Source: Bacteroidales bacterium UBA5072 (lineage in GTDB: Bacteria > Bacteroidota > Bacteroidia > Bacteroidales > UBA10428). Taken from it: DNA of 64,000 nucleotides. The notes under the pieces were generated by a model, which made no database searches, was not told where the DNA came from, and saw only the letters and a list, made by a program, of their open reading frames with translations. Positions 1-10,084 of the stretch are shown here, one piece after another; the stretch's first letter is position 1, and every line of letters begins with the position of its first letter. Position numbers and translations under genes: made by a program. The DNA is taken from assembly GCA_002415855.1 (NCBI GenBank), contig DIAS01000068.1:6484-70483 (forward strand), read 5' to 3'.

Positions 1-1467
1 ACCATTAATCATCTTATCGATAGTCTGTCGGGTAAAGGTGGCGGAACACTTTTCTTCCCCGCCGGTAAATATCTCACCGGTCCCATCATTTTAAAAAGTA
101 ACATCACATTATACCTCGATGCCGGAGCGGTAATTGAATTCTCTGATGATTTCGACGATTACCTTCCCATGGTTCAGACCAGGTGGGAAGAAATCAGGGT
201 CAGGAATTTCATCTCGCAGATCTATGCCTTCCAGTGTGAAAATGTAGCCATTCGTGGAGACGGTCATTTCGATGGCAGGGGGCAGAAATGGTGGGATTAT
301 TGGAACAAAATCAAGGTCGGGGGACAGCCCGATCTAAAATGGCAAACGCAGTTTAAAGAGGAAAATGCGGCGTTACTTGAAAAGAATGAATACCTGCGGG
401 GGAAGAACGCTTTTCTCAGGCCTCCCATGTTGATTACTTATGAATGTAAGAATGTGCTGATTGAAGGCGTGAGTTTTTCTAATCCTCCTTTCTGGACAAT
501 AGTCCCCACATTCACCGACAATATCACCATTGAAGGTGTAACGATTGAAAACCCGGATACTTCACCCAATACCGATGGCATCGACTTATCATCGTGCACC
601 AATGTGCATATTTCCAACAGTCACATAACAGTCGGCGACGACTGTATTGTAATCAAGGCAGGCCGGGACGAAGATGGCCGTGAAGCTAACCGGCCTACCG
701 AGAATGTGACCATAACCAATTGCACCATGTTGAAAGGTCACGGAGGTGTCGTTATCGGGAGTGAGATGAGCGGTAACGTTAAGCGGATTGCCATTACCAA
801 CTGCGTATTTGAAGGAACTGATGTCGGGATAAGGATCAAGACGATGCGGGGAAGAGGCGGGATAGTCGAAGATGTCAGGGTGTCCAATATCCTGATGTAT
901 GATATGATCAAGGAAGGTGTGATCATCACCATGCGGTACCAGCCATCAGACCCCGAGGTATTGTCTGAACGCACGCCTGCCATAAAAAATATTCATTTAT
1001 CGGGCATAAACATAAGAAAGGCGGACAGGGCAATTGCCGTTTACGGGCTCGAGGAAAAGGAAGTCTCCCAGATTACCTTCTCCGACATGCAGATTTCTGC
1101 AGATAAGGGGATCCTGGTGGAGAATGCAACAGACATCAGTTTTCATGATTTACGCCTGGAAGTCGGACAGGGGGTACCTTTTGTTGCGAAAGACACCCGG
1201 CAAATAAGTTACGACCGGATTACCGTAAATGCTTTCTCACCGGACACTCCCTACCTGAAATTAAACAATTGCCAGACGGTAAGAATATCCAATTGCTACC
1301 AGCCTGAAAGCATTCCCCTGTTTCTCTTGCAGGATGAAAAATGCAGTACATTGTATTTTATCAGCAACATCTTACCCAATACAAAATCTCTATACAACGA
1401 CCTGGGTACAAAGGTTATCCAGGAGTCCAATTTTATCATGAATAATTCAATACTAATACCTAACTAA
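1..1467 (+). CDS. Glycoside hydrolase family 28 (polygalacturonase-like); 5' end lies outside the window
   Basis: Frame 1 is open from base 1 (TINHLIDSLSGKGGGTLFFPAGKYLTGPI...) into the listed 169..1467 ORF. It carries the GH28-type motifs NTDGIDLSSC and GDDCIVIKAG plus parallel beta-helix repeats. It lies next to SusC/SusD, GH105 and CE8. Confidence 0.85.
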   Translation, partial: TINHLIDSLSGKGGGTLFFPAGKYLTGPIILKSNITLYLDAGAVIEFSDDFDDYLPMVQTRWEEIRVRNFISQIYAFQCENVAIRGDGHFDGRGQKWWDYWNKIKVGGQPDLKWQTQFKEENAALLEKNEYLRGKNAFLRPPMLITYECKNVLIEGVSFSNPPFWTIVPTFTDNITIEGVTIENPDTSPNTDGIDLSSCTNVHISNSHITVGDDCIVIKAGRDEDGREANRPTENVTITNCTMLKGHGGVVIGSEMSGNVKRIAITNCVFEGTDVGIRIKTMRGRGGIVEDVRVSNILMYDMIKEGVIITMRYQPSDPEVLSERTPAIKNIHLSGINIRKADRAIAVYGLEEKEVSQITFSDMQISADKGILVENATDISFHDLRLEVGQGVPFVAKDTRQISYDRITVNAFSPDTPYLKLNNCQTVRISNCYQPESIPLFLLQDEKCSTLYFISNILPNTKSLYNDLGTKVIQESNFIMNNSILIPN

Positions 1468-1477
1468 CTATTTTATT

Positions 1478-4400
1478 ATGAATTCTAAGCTATTAAACCG
1501 CTGTCTGACTTTCCTGGTGCTGATTATGCTGCCGGTGGCAGCCTTGGCCCAGAATGGCAGAACCATTAAAGGGAAAGTCACTGATTCTAACGGGAATCCC
1601 ATGCCAGGTACCAATGTGGTCATCCAGGGCACCCAGATTGGAGTAGTGACTGACGCTAACGGTAATTATCAGATCAATGTTGAGAATCCTGATAATGCTA
1701 TTCTCGAGTTCTCCTTTGTAGGTTTCGTGACAGAAGAATATCCGGCGGGTAACGAGAGTATCATTGATGTTACGTTGGATGAAGATGTTACAACGCTTGA
1801 TGAATTAGTTGTCATTGGTTACGGAACCGTAAAGAAGAGGGACCTGACAGGGTCGGTATCCTCCATCAAGTCTTCCGAAATAACCAAAACCGCTACGAAT
1901 AATGCCTTGCAGTCGATGCAGGGTAAGATTGCAGGCCTAGATATCACAAAGGCCAGCGGGGAATCGGGATCGGAGATCAATGTCGATCTTCGGGGAAACC
2001 GGTCGGTCAATGCATCGAATGCTCCTTTATTCCTTGTGGATGGTATTGAATATGGTTCCACGCTCGACATCAATTCCTCGGATATCGAATCGATCGAGGT
2101 TCTGAAAGATGCCTCTTCTACGGCTATTTACGGTACAAGAGGCGCCAATGGTGTTGTGATCATCACAACTAAGAAAGGAGCCACCTCGTCAGATAAGCTG
2201 AAAGTTGCCCTGAATACCTATTGGTCGGTTAACAGTCCCACCGACCTGCCCAAACTCATGGACGTGGAGCAGGAATACCGTTTCCTGGCTGAACGGGAGC
2301 GATATAATGATGAGAAGGAGGCGGGCAATACCTGGGGAAGCACAAGTTTAAATGATTATCCCGCAGATGAGGTGTTGTCCACCGTGGTAAGCGCTCCATA
2401 TGAAAAATCAGTATATGAAATATACACTGAAGGCGGAGTGGATTGGTTTGATATGATGCTGCACAACGGACTTACACAGAACTATGAACTGTCGCTGTCA
2501 GGCGGAAGTGAGAAGACCTCTTTCAGCCTGTCGCTGGGTTTCATGAATGAAGAAGGGCTTCTGCTCAACGATAACCTTAAGCGTTACAACGGCAGGATAG
2601 CCATGGATCATGCCATTACCAGGAATCTTAAGGTCGGTGCCAACCTGCTTTACACGCTCCGTGACTGGGATCGCAGACAGGATGATGTATACAGTCAGCT
2701 GATCAAGATGCATTCACTCGCCCAGCCTTATCTCGCAGATGGCACAATACTGGATAAACCTTCGGAGCTGGCAACGAGTCATACCAATCCTCTGTTAAAT
2801 GAAGTGGAAGGGTATTATGATAACAATACCATCAGCAACAGGCTGTTCGGAAATGTTTTTCTGGATTGGGAACTGCTAAAGGGATTGCGCTTCAGGTCTG
2901 TATTCGGAATTGACCAGAATTCAAGCCGTTTCGGAGAATATGAAGATTACATGTGCACCGGAAATTACCAATCTGGTCGTGGTTCATATTTTGAGGTGGA
3001 GAACAAACAGGGCTTTGCCTTTACCTGGGAGAACACCCTGAATTATGCTTTCAATCTGAATGACATACATGATTTCCAAATACTTGTTGGCCAGGAAGCT
3101 TATCAGAATGTAAATGAAATGCACAGTACATTTGGTTATGGTTTACAGGACCATTATGGCAAGAATTCATTTTACGATCTGTCGAACATATCGTCAACAG
3201 GAAGGCAGATTGAAGACACCTATGTAAAAAGCAATCTGTTATCTTATTTTGGCCGTTTAAATTACAAGCTCTCTAACCGTTACCTGATCACAGCCTCCTT
3301 AAGGGCTGATGGGTCATCAGTTCTCGCTGAAGGAAACAAATGGGGCTATTTCCCATCGGTTGCCGGCGCCTGGATTATTTCGGAAGAAGCATTTATGAAC
3401 TCATCGCAATTAATCAATCACCTGAAACTGAGAGCAAGCTGGGGTCAGGCAGGAAACTCGGCAGTAAGTCCATATCAGACATTAACCGCATTGGGTGCCG
3501 AAAAGATTTATTACACCTTCGGGTCAACGGTAATAACCGGTCAGGTACCGGCTGTACTCGGGAATCCAGATGTTACCTGGGAAACAACCACCACATGGGA
3601 TCTGGGTGTGGATGTATCATTGCTTAAATCGAGAATTTCGGCAACAGTGGATTTGTATTATGCCAAGACAGATGACCTCTTACTGTTCAAGGGATTGCCA
3701 GCAACATCCGTATATCCGCAGGTACTGGCCAATGTGGGTGAAACAGAAAACAAAGGGATTGAGGTCACCATGAATTTTAGGGTTATTGAAAAAAAGGATC
3801 TCAGGTGGCAGGCCGATGTGGCTTTCTCAGCCAATCGTGACAAAATAGTGGCACTTGCCAGCGGAGAAGAGCGCGATATATCCAATCCGGAACAGGCATT
3901 GGTTGTGGGTGAGCCTGTGCGTGCCTTTTACAATTATGAGGCCGATGGCTGCTGGGGTCTTGACGAAACCGAGCTGGCAGCATCCTATGGTAAGGTACCC
4001 GGCGATATCAGGTTGGTGGATGTGAATCATGATACCATCTACAACGACGATGATAAACGGCTTTATAACAAAAGTCCGAAGTTCATTGCCAGTTTGAACA
4101 CTACGTTGACATACAAACAGTTTGCCTTATCAGCCCTTGTTTATGCGCGTGTAGGTCAGTGGATCCAATACGACTATAATACAGCCTATAAGCCTACCGA
4201 GCAGGACGGTTCACCCGATGTCGACTTTTGGACTCCCGAGAACCAGGGAGCAAAATTCCCCCGGCCGGGTATCGCCTCCCAAAATGATATGCCTGCCCTG
4301 GCCTTTGAAAACGCTTCCTTCCTGAAGATCAGGGAAGTGACCCTGGCCTATACCTTACCCCATACCCTTACCACCAAAATGAGGATGAGCAATCTGCGAA

Positions 4401-4525
4401 TCTATGCTTCACTGCAGAACTATTTCACATTCAGCAACCTCGACAATTATGACCCGGAACGCGGCGGAGATATTTCCAATCCATTGTCGAAGCAAATGGT
4501 ATTCGGTCTTAACGTTGAGTTTTAA
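1478..4525 (+). CDS. susC: SusC/RagA-family TonB-dependent outer-membrane transporter
   Basis: 1015 aa with a signal peptide and an N-terminal carboxypeptidase-regulatory-like segment (GKVTDSNGNPMPGTNVVIQGT). Plug region GYGTVKKRDLTGSVSSI and an aromatic C-terminus (...GLNVEF). A SusD homolog follows immediately. Confidence 0.93.
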   Translation: MNSKLLNRCLTFLVLIMLPVAALAQNGRTIKGKVTDSNGNPMPGTNVVIQGTQIGVVTDANGNYQINVENPDNAILEFSFVGFVTEEYPAGNESIIDVTLDEDVTTLDELVVIGYGTVKKRDLTGSVSSIKSSEITKTATNNALQSMQGKIAGLDITKASGESGSEINVDLRGNRSVNASNAPLFLVDGIEYGSTLDINSSDIESIEVLKDASSTAIYGTRGANGVVIITTKKGATSSDKLKVALNTYWSVNSPTDLPKLMDVEQEYRFLAERERYNDEKEAGNTWGSTSLNDYPADEVLSTVVSAPYEKSVYEIYTEGGVDWFDMMLHNGLTQNYELSLSGGSEKTSFSLSLGFMNEEGLLLNDNLKRYNGRIAMDHAITRNLKVGANLLYTLRDWDRRQDDVYSQLIKMHSLAQPYLADGTILDKPSELATSHTNPLLNEVEGYYDNNTISNRLFGNVFLDWELLKGLRFRSVFGIDQNSSRFGEYEDYMCTGNYQSGRGSYFEVENKQGFAFTWENTLNYAFNLNDIHDFQILVGQEAYQNVNEMHSTFGYGLQDHYGKNSFYDLSNISSTGRQIEDTYVKSNLLSYFGRLNYKLSNRYLITASLRADGSSVLAEGNKWGYFPSVAGAWIISEEAFMNSSQLINHLKLRASWGQAGNSAVSPYQTLTALGAEKIYYTFGSTVITGQVPAVLGNPDVTWETTTTWDLGVDVSLLKSRISATVDLYYAKTDDLLLFKGLPATSVYPQVLANVGETENKGIEVTMNFRVIEKKDLRWQADVAFSANRDKIVALASGEERDISNPEQALVVGEPVRAFYNYEADGCWGLDETELAASYGKVPGDIRLVDVNHDTIYNDDDKRLYNKSPKFIASLNTTLTYKQFALSALVYARVGQWIQYDYNTAYKPTEQDGSPDVDFWTPENQGAKFPRPGIASQNDMPALAFENASFLKIREVTLAYTLPHTLTTKMRMSNLRIYASLQNYFTFSNLDNYDPERGGDISNPLSKQMVFGLNVEF

Positions 4526-4555
4526 TTTATACAAACAGCAAATAAGATTCATCTT

Positions 4556-6520
4556 ATGAAAACGACAATAAAATACTTCATTGCAGTATTTGCCCTGCTT
4601 GCCCTGGCAAATACTTCATGTACCGATTTCCTGGAAGAAGATAACCGGACAGGATCAACGGAAGATGTTAAATATACCACCCGCGCCGGCATCGACGGGC
4701 TTGTCGCATCGAGTTATGCATACCTGCGCGGATGGTACGGCAAGGAGGCAGCTTTTGGACTAAGCGAAGGTGGGACGGATACCTGGCTCACCGGTTATGA
4801 TAACCGGCAGAAAGTATTGATTGATTACAGCGGCATTACACCCGAAGTGGCTACGAGTTCAAGAGAGACCATGAACGCCTGCTTTGATGAATACTGGGAA
4901 CTGTTTTTCACTGCCGTAAACGTTTGTAATACAGGTATAAAATACGTATCCGAAGCACCCGCCGGTATCCTTACAGATGCCGAACAAAGCGCCTACCTCG
5001 GTGAACTGAAGGTTCTCCGCGCATTCTATTACTGGCACCTGGTCGAAACCTGGGGCCCTGTTCAGATCAACACCGAACCGGTCAGCAATATCTCATCGGT
5101 AGCTTACCGCGACAGTGAAGAAGAAGTTTATGACTTTATGCTGAACGATGTGGAGGAAGCCATCACCAACCTTGAAGCTAAAACTGCAAAGACCGGACGC
5201 ATCAATGTATGGGCTGCCAAGGCATTGAAGGCCAGATTGCTTTTATACAAGGGCAGTAAATTCAACGATAACCAGGCTTATGCAGATGCAGCCGCCACTG
5301 CAGAAGATGTGATCTCCGGAAGCGGTTGTTCTTTCTTTGCCAATTATGCAGATTGTTGGAAGGGTGCAAATGAGAACGGAGCTTCGAATCAGGAAGTGGT
5401 ATGGTACATCGACTATTCTGATGTTTTGGAATATAATATCATGCCGAAACGCCTAAAACTCGATGAGGACGGTGAACAGATGACCTGGTCACAAATGATG
5501 ATACGCAATTCAGCCAATACCATCGGTGGAAATGCATCACACCTGATGTTTGTAGGCGTCTGGAACCTGGTCCCCGGACTCACCGGTATACTGATCCGTA
5601 CTGATACAGAAGCAAAAAAGACCCTGAAGTACCTGGACGTCAATTATAATCTGGGCAAAGATTATCAGCCTTACAGCAAGGGATTCACCAGATATGTACC
5701 TTCAGGTTACCTGCTGGATTTGTTCGACGATGCTACCGACCAGCGTTACCAAGCCTCCTTCAGGGATGTATATTACGTTGCCACGTCGCTCCAGCAAGCC
5801 TTTTCAGGTGGTGTCGCACCACCGGCAGGTTATGCCGAGATGAGGGATACGGCAATCTATTTGTCCAGGGAAACCGTCACTGACGCCCAGATTGCCCGTG
5901 CCACCAACCGTTATGTACTGTTCTCAAGAACAGACGTAGGTAATGCGGCAGTATATCCGTTATATCAGAACGAGGAAGGAACATTGCCCACCATTGCCAC
6001 CGGAACCAGCGGCAACAACAATTTCAAAGGCAACCGTATGTATATCCAGCTCAAGAAATTTGATGATTACACCGGTTCGGTTATCCGTGACCTAGGTGGA
6101 CGGGATGCATTTGTTTTCCGTTTGTCCGAGATGTACCTGATTGCTGCAGAAGGCTATATGATGTCGGGAAACAGCTCACAAGCCATGCAATTGTTGAACG
6201 ACCTGCGGACTGCCCGTGCAATTTCAGGTCAGTCGAATGTGCTCACCGCAGAAGAAGAAGCCCAGGTCAGCGCCCAGGATATAGAGGTTATACTCGATGA
6301 ACGGGCCCGTGAACTTTGCGGCGAACAGCAACGGTGGTTCGATCTTAAACGCACCGGCAAGCTGGTTGAACGCGTCACCTTATACAACGGCAGTGCAGGT
6401 CCCAACATCAAGAGTTTCCATGTCCTCCGACCCATCCCTCAGCCCCAGATGGATGCAATAACCAACGCCACTGCCAGTGAAGATCCCGAAGGATTCTGGC
6501 AAAATGACGGATACAATTGA
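4556..6520 (+). CDS. susD: SusD/RagB-family nutrient-binding outer-membrane lipoprotein
   Basis: 654 aa with a lipoprotein signal (ALANTSC). SusD-type helical/TPR-like sequence (RAFYYWHLVETWGPV, ERARELCGEQQRWFDLKR). Canonical position 3' of susC. Confidence 0.9.
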   Translation: MKTTIKYFIAVFALLALANTSCTDFLEEDNRTGSTEDVKYTTRAGIDGLVASSYAYLRGWYGKEAAFGLSEGGTDTWLTGYDNRQKVLIDYSGITPEVATSSRETMNACFDEYWELFFTAVNVCNTGIKYVSEAPAGILTDAEQSAYLGELKVLRAFYYWHLVETWGPVQINTEPVSNISSVAYRDSEEEVYDFMLNDVEEAITNLEAKTAKTGRINVWAAKALKARLLLYKGSKFNDNQAYADAAATAEDVISGSGCSFFANYADCWKGANENGASNQEVVWYIDYSDVLEYNIMPKRLKLDEDGEQMTWSQMMIRNSANTIGGNASHLMFVGVWNLVPGLTGILIRTDTEAKKTLKYLDVNYNLGKDYQPYSKGFTRYVPSGYLLDLFDDATDQRYQASFRDVYYVATSLQQAFSGGVAPPAGYAEMRDTAIYLSRETVTDAQIARATNRYVLFSRTDVGNAAVYPLYQNEEGTLPTIATGTSGNNNFKGNRMYIQLKKFDDYTGSVIRDLGGRDAFVFRLSEMYLIAAEGYMMSGNSSQAMQLLNDLRTARAISGQSNVLTAEEEAQVSAQDIEVILDERARELCGEQQRWFDLKRTGKLVERVTLYNGSAGPNIKSFHVLRPIPQPQMDAITNATASEDPEGFWQNDGYN

Positions 6521-6621
6521 TGAGTTGTTGATTTAGGCCGTTTCATATCTTGTTTATGCCCGGCGGAGTATTAACTCCGCCGGAATTTTGGAAGATCTGT
6601 TGTATCTTTACGCAAAGTCCA

Positions 6622-7803
6622 ATGAAAAAAAACATTATTGTATTCCTGGTCTTGGCCTTGACCGCTTGTGGATACAGGAATCCCGACCAGCAGAATAATG
6701 TCCCGGCTGATCGTTGGTCTGTCCGCATGGCTAATTCGGTAATGGCAAGTTCCGACAGCCTCATTCATTATCTCGATCCCGCCGAAATCAAATGGCAATA
6801 TGATGTGGCATTTCTGGGTCAGGCTATTGATAAACTCGGGGATGTCGATCCCCGATACTCCAAATACATGGAGGACTACGTGGATTACTTTGTGCAGGAT
6901 GACGGCTCTGTTCTCGATTACAGTATGGATGAATACAACCTTGACCGTATCAGCCCAGCCAAAAACATCATTACTGTTTATAAAAGAACCGGTGATTCGA
7001 TCTATCGCAAAGCGCTCGATCAGTTTCTGGTCCAGATGCGATCGCACCCCAGGACCAGGTCAGGCGGTTTCTGGCACAAAAAAATATATCCCTGGCAAAT
7101 GTGGCTCGATGGGATTTATATGGCCTCCCCATTTCTGGCACAATACGCCAAGGAGTTTAATGATCCGGAGTGGTTCGACGTGGTGGCTTATCAAATTAAG
7201 CTTATTTACAGCAAAACCCTGGACAGCAGTACCGGTCTGTTGGTCCACGCCTGGGATGAGAGCCGTCAGCAAAAATGGTGTGATCCGGCTACGGGTAAGT
7301 CACTGTACCCCTGGAGTCGTGCAATGGGTTGGTACACCATGGCCATTACGGATGTCCTTGATTATTTACCTGAAAGCCATCCTGAAAGAGATTCCCTGAT
7401 CAGCATACTCCAGAATACCTGTGAGGCATTGCTAAAGGTGCGTGATTCAAAGACCGGCCTCTGGTTCCAGGTTTTGAACCAGGGTAACAGAGAAGGCAAT
7501 TATATCGAAGGATCCGGTTCCGCCATGTACACCTATGTATTTGCCAAAGGAGCCCACAAAGGATATCTTGACAGGAAATACCTCGATATCGCAGGCGATA
7601 CTTTCGATGACCTGGTAAAGGAACTTATCACAGTGGATGAAAATGGTTTGGTTACCATGCACAACATTTGCGGTGGTTGCGGCCTTGGAGGCAATCCCTA
7701 CCGAGACGGATCCTATGAATATTACATTCACGAAAAACGTGTGGACAATGATCCGAAAGGTGTGGCCCCCTTTATATTGGCAGCCATAGAACTCGGAAGA
7801 TAA
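6622..7803 (+). CDS. Glycoside hydrolase family 105/88 (unsaturated rhamnogalacturonyl hydrolase, YteR-like)
   Basis: The listed ORF starts at 6550, but the internal Met at 6622 begins a lipoprotein-type signal (MKKNIIVFLVLALTACG). The WLDGIYMASPFLAQY motif is typical of the YteR/GH105 (alpha/alpha)6 barrel. Confidence 0.8.
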   Translation: MKKNIIVFLVLALTACGYRNPDQQNNVPADRWSVRMANSVMASSDSLIHYLDPAEIKWQYDVAFLGQAIDKLGDVDPRYSKYMEDYVDYFVQDDGSVLDYSMDEYNLDRISPAKNIITVYKRTGDSIYRKALDQFLVQMRSHPRTRSGGFWHKKIYPWQMWLDGIYMASPFLAQYAKEFNDPEWFDVVAYQIKLIYSKTLDSSTGLLVHAWDESRQQKWCDPATGKSLYPWSRAMGWYTMAITDVLDYLPESHPERDSLISILQNTCEALLKVRDSKTGLWFQVLNQGNREGNYIEGSGSAMYTYVFAKGAHKGYLDRKYLDIAGDTFDDLVKELITVDENGLVTMHNICGGCGLGGNPYRDGSYEYYIHEKRVDNDPKGVAPFILAAIELGR

Positions 7804-7817
7804 CGGCAATACTCACG

Positions 7818-9068
7818 ATGCGACCCGGAATTGCTCTTTTCCTGGCAATATTGCTTCTGCCGGCATATGTTATCCGGGGAAATGAGAGATATGCTGATGT
7901 TACGGTTGCATGGGACGGAAGTGGTGATTACCGATCAATCACCGAAGCCCTTGGCGCAATGCCGATGTTCAATTACCAACGCTACGTCATTTTTATAAAG
8001 AACGGTGTCTACAATGAAAAGATCCTGCTTGACAGGGATTATGTTACTATCCTGGGTGAAAGCAGAAACAGCACCATAATACAATACAGTCAGCTGCGGA
8101 GCGACTGGCAGACAAATCCCGATCATATCGGTGCTGCGGTAATCAATATTACAGCGGATGATGTCATACTTGAAAGCCTTACCATCCGTAATACCCAGCC
8201 GCAAATGGGACCGCATGCCTTTGCAGTTTATGGTACAGGCACGAGGATTATCATCGAAAACTGCCGCGTTACCAGTAAGGGTGGCGATACCGTTTCACTT
8301 TGGAACTACAAAGATGGCATGTACTACCACGCCAATTGCTACTTCGAAGGCGGTATAGACTTTGTTTGCCCGCGCGGATGGTGCTATATCAGAGATTCGC
8401 GGTTCTACGAAAACGATGCTGCGGCTGCATTATGGCATGCTGCCGTTACAAACAAAGATCAGAAACTGGTTTTAAATCGCTGTTCATTCGATGGCGTAAA
8501 GGGCTTTCAACTGGCACGGCATCATTATGAGGCACAATTCTGGTTCCTTGATTGCACATTTTCCGAAACCATGGCCGATGAACCAATATTGCACTTTCTT
8601 TACGCAGATGAACCGGAAAAGAACCGACCCTATTTCTATGGTGACCGGTATTACTTTTACGGCAATCACCGAACCGGCGGAGATTATCCCTGGCACCGTG
8701 ATAACCGGGATTACTGGCCGAAAGGGCTTTCACCTTCGGATATTACCCCTGAATGGACATTCGGCGGATTATGGGATCCGGAATCTGAAAAGAAACCCGC
8801 AATGACCGGTTACAGCATTTCCGGCCTCAAAATCATCATCTTCTTTAATGAATCGATCTGCGTCAGGGGAAAAGTGATCCTGGAAACTTCAACTGGCAGG
8901 AAGCTGATTTTTTCAGAAGGCGTCGGAAGGGATATGCTGGCCTTCACCGCAGAAATTCCTTTGAAAAAGAAAGATTTCATGTACCCTTTGGTCATAACCA
9001 GCGGGGAATTGATTGGGAATACAGCTTCAGTAAAGGAACGATGCATTACCGCCCTTGTGATAAACTAA
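7818..9068 (+). CDS. Pectinesterase (carbohydrate esterase family 8-like)
   Basis: 416 aa with a signal peptide and beta-helix pectin methylesterase-like segments (SITEALGAMP, GVYNEKILL, GGDTVSLW, IDFVCPRGW). It sits in the pectin PUL context. Confidence 0.72.
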   Translation: MRPGIALFLAILLLPAYVIRGNERYADVTVAWDGSGDYRSITEALGAMPMFNYQRYVIFIKNGVYNEKILLDRDYVTILGESRNSTIIQYSQLRSDWQTNPDHIGAAVINITADDVILESLTIRNTQPQMGPHAFAVYGTGTRIIIENCRVTSKGGDTVSLWNYKDGMYYHANCYFEGGIDFVCPRGWCYIRDSRFYENDAAAALWHAAVTNKDQKLVLNRCSFDGVKGFQLARHHYEAQFWFLDCTFSETMADEPILHFLYADEPEKNRPYFYGDRYYFYGNHRTGGDYPWHRDNRDYWPKGLSPSDITPEWTFGGLWDPESEKKPAMTGYSISGLKIIIFFNESICVRGKVILETSTGRKLIFSEGVGRDMLAFTAEIPLKKKDFMYPLVITSGELIGNTASVKERCITALVIN

Positions 9069-9127
9069 TACCAGAATAATTTCTGTAATTGATTAAACCG
9101 GCTTCGACTCACAGGTCATGTCTCAAC

Positions 9128-9964
9128 TTATTCATGCAGATTCCGGCTTTGTGATTTGACCTGATTGACCAAATAATCCGTCAGGTTCTCTGCTGCCCGA
9201 CGGTTCTCAAAATCCTGCGGCAGGCGGTCATGATCGATGTATTCGTTGTATATCCACGGATCCCCGACTGCAAAGACAAAGCCCTTGCCATAACGGCATT
9301 CTGCCATGATCACCTGTCCGTTATCCTTGAGTATGGGAGTGGCATCCCCGGAAAGGCTTATGGATGCTACCTCTTTCAGAAAGATCTTCCTGACATCCTT
9401 GAATACAGGATGATCGGGCAATTCCGTGAAGGCTCCCATTTCGTACTGGTTATTCAAAACAGGTCGCAGCATAGTACCGTTAAAAACCATACCGAACCTG
9501 ACCGACAACTGATTCAGGTATCTCAGCCCGCAATGCTTTCCATCATTGGCCATCAGTACAAGAACTCCTCCGCTTTTAACCCATCGCTCAATCACCAGGA
9601 TGTCATCCGGCAAGATATTATTAGGAGAGGGGGTTTCCGCCGTCGAATCAGGGTCAACGATGATGTATACATCAAGCGGGTCCAGGAATTTGTTACTGGG
9701 CCGTTCAATTGTTGCGATCCTTGCTCCCCTGCCGGTAAAGATATCGCCCCAGCGGGAGTAACCACTGTCTGCAGTATCCCCCCACAGGTAATGGTAGGGT
9801 TTTCCGGTTTTGGTGCTGGTTTCATGGTTAAACCAGTTGTCTAGTCCAATGCTCACCTGTGCCGATCCGCTAAGTGAAGCAACAATACCCATGAATACCA
9901 GGATGCAAATGACTCCTAACTTTATGATCAAGGGCCTGCAAAACGAAGGATATGATCTGTCCAT
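9128..9964 (-). CDS. Hypothetical secreted protein (possibly GATase1-like/DUF4350-like fold)
   Basis: 278-aa ORF with an N-terminal hydrophobic signal. I could not recognise a catalytic motif. The coding call rests on ORF length and clean intergenic boundaries. Confidence 0.45.
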   Translation of the reverse strand: MDRSYPSFCRPLIIKLGVICILVFMGIVASLSGSAQVSIGLDNWFNHETSTKTGKPYHYLWGDTADSGYSRWGDIFTGRGARIATIERPSNKFLDPLDVYIIVDPDSTAETPSPNNILPDDILVIERWVKSGGVLVLMANDGKHCGLRYLNQLSVRFGMVFNGTMLRPVLNNQYEMGAFTELPDHPVFKDVRKIFLKEVASISLSGDATPILKDNGQVIMAECRYGKGFVFAVGDPWIYNEYIDHDRLPQDFENRRAAENLTDYLVNQVKSQSRNLHE

Positions 9965-10084
9965 GAGAGGAATGCTTTCTTTTATTAATTCCCTAATTTA
10001 AGGATTTGTGGCAGATATGTTATACTTTTAGGATGGGAATTCTTCATACTCCGCCCCATAACTGGATGACATCGGCCACAGACT

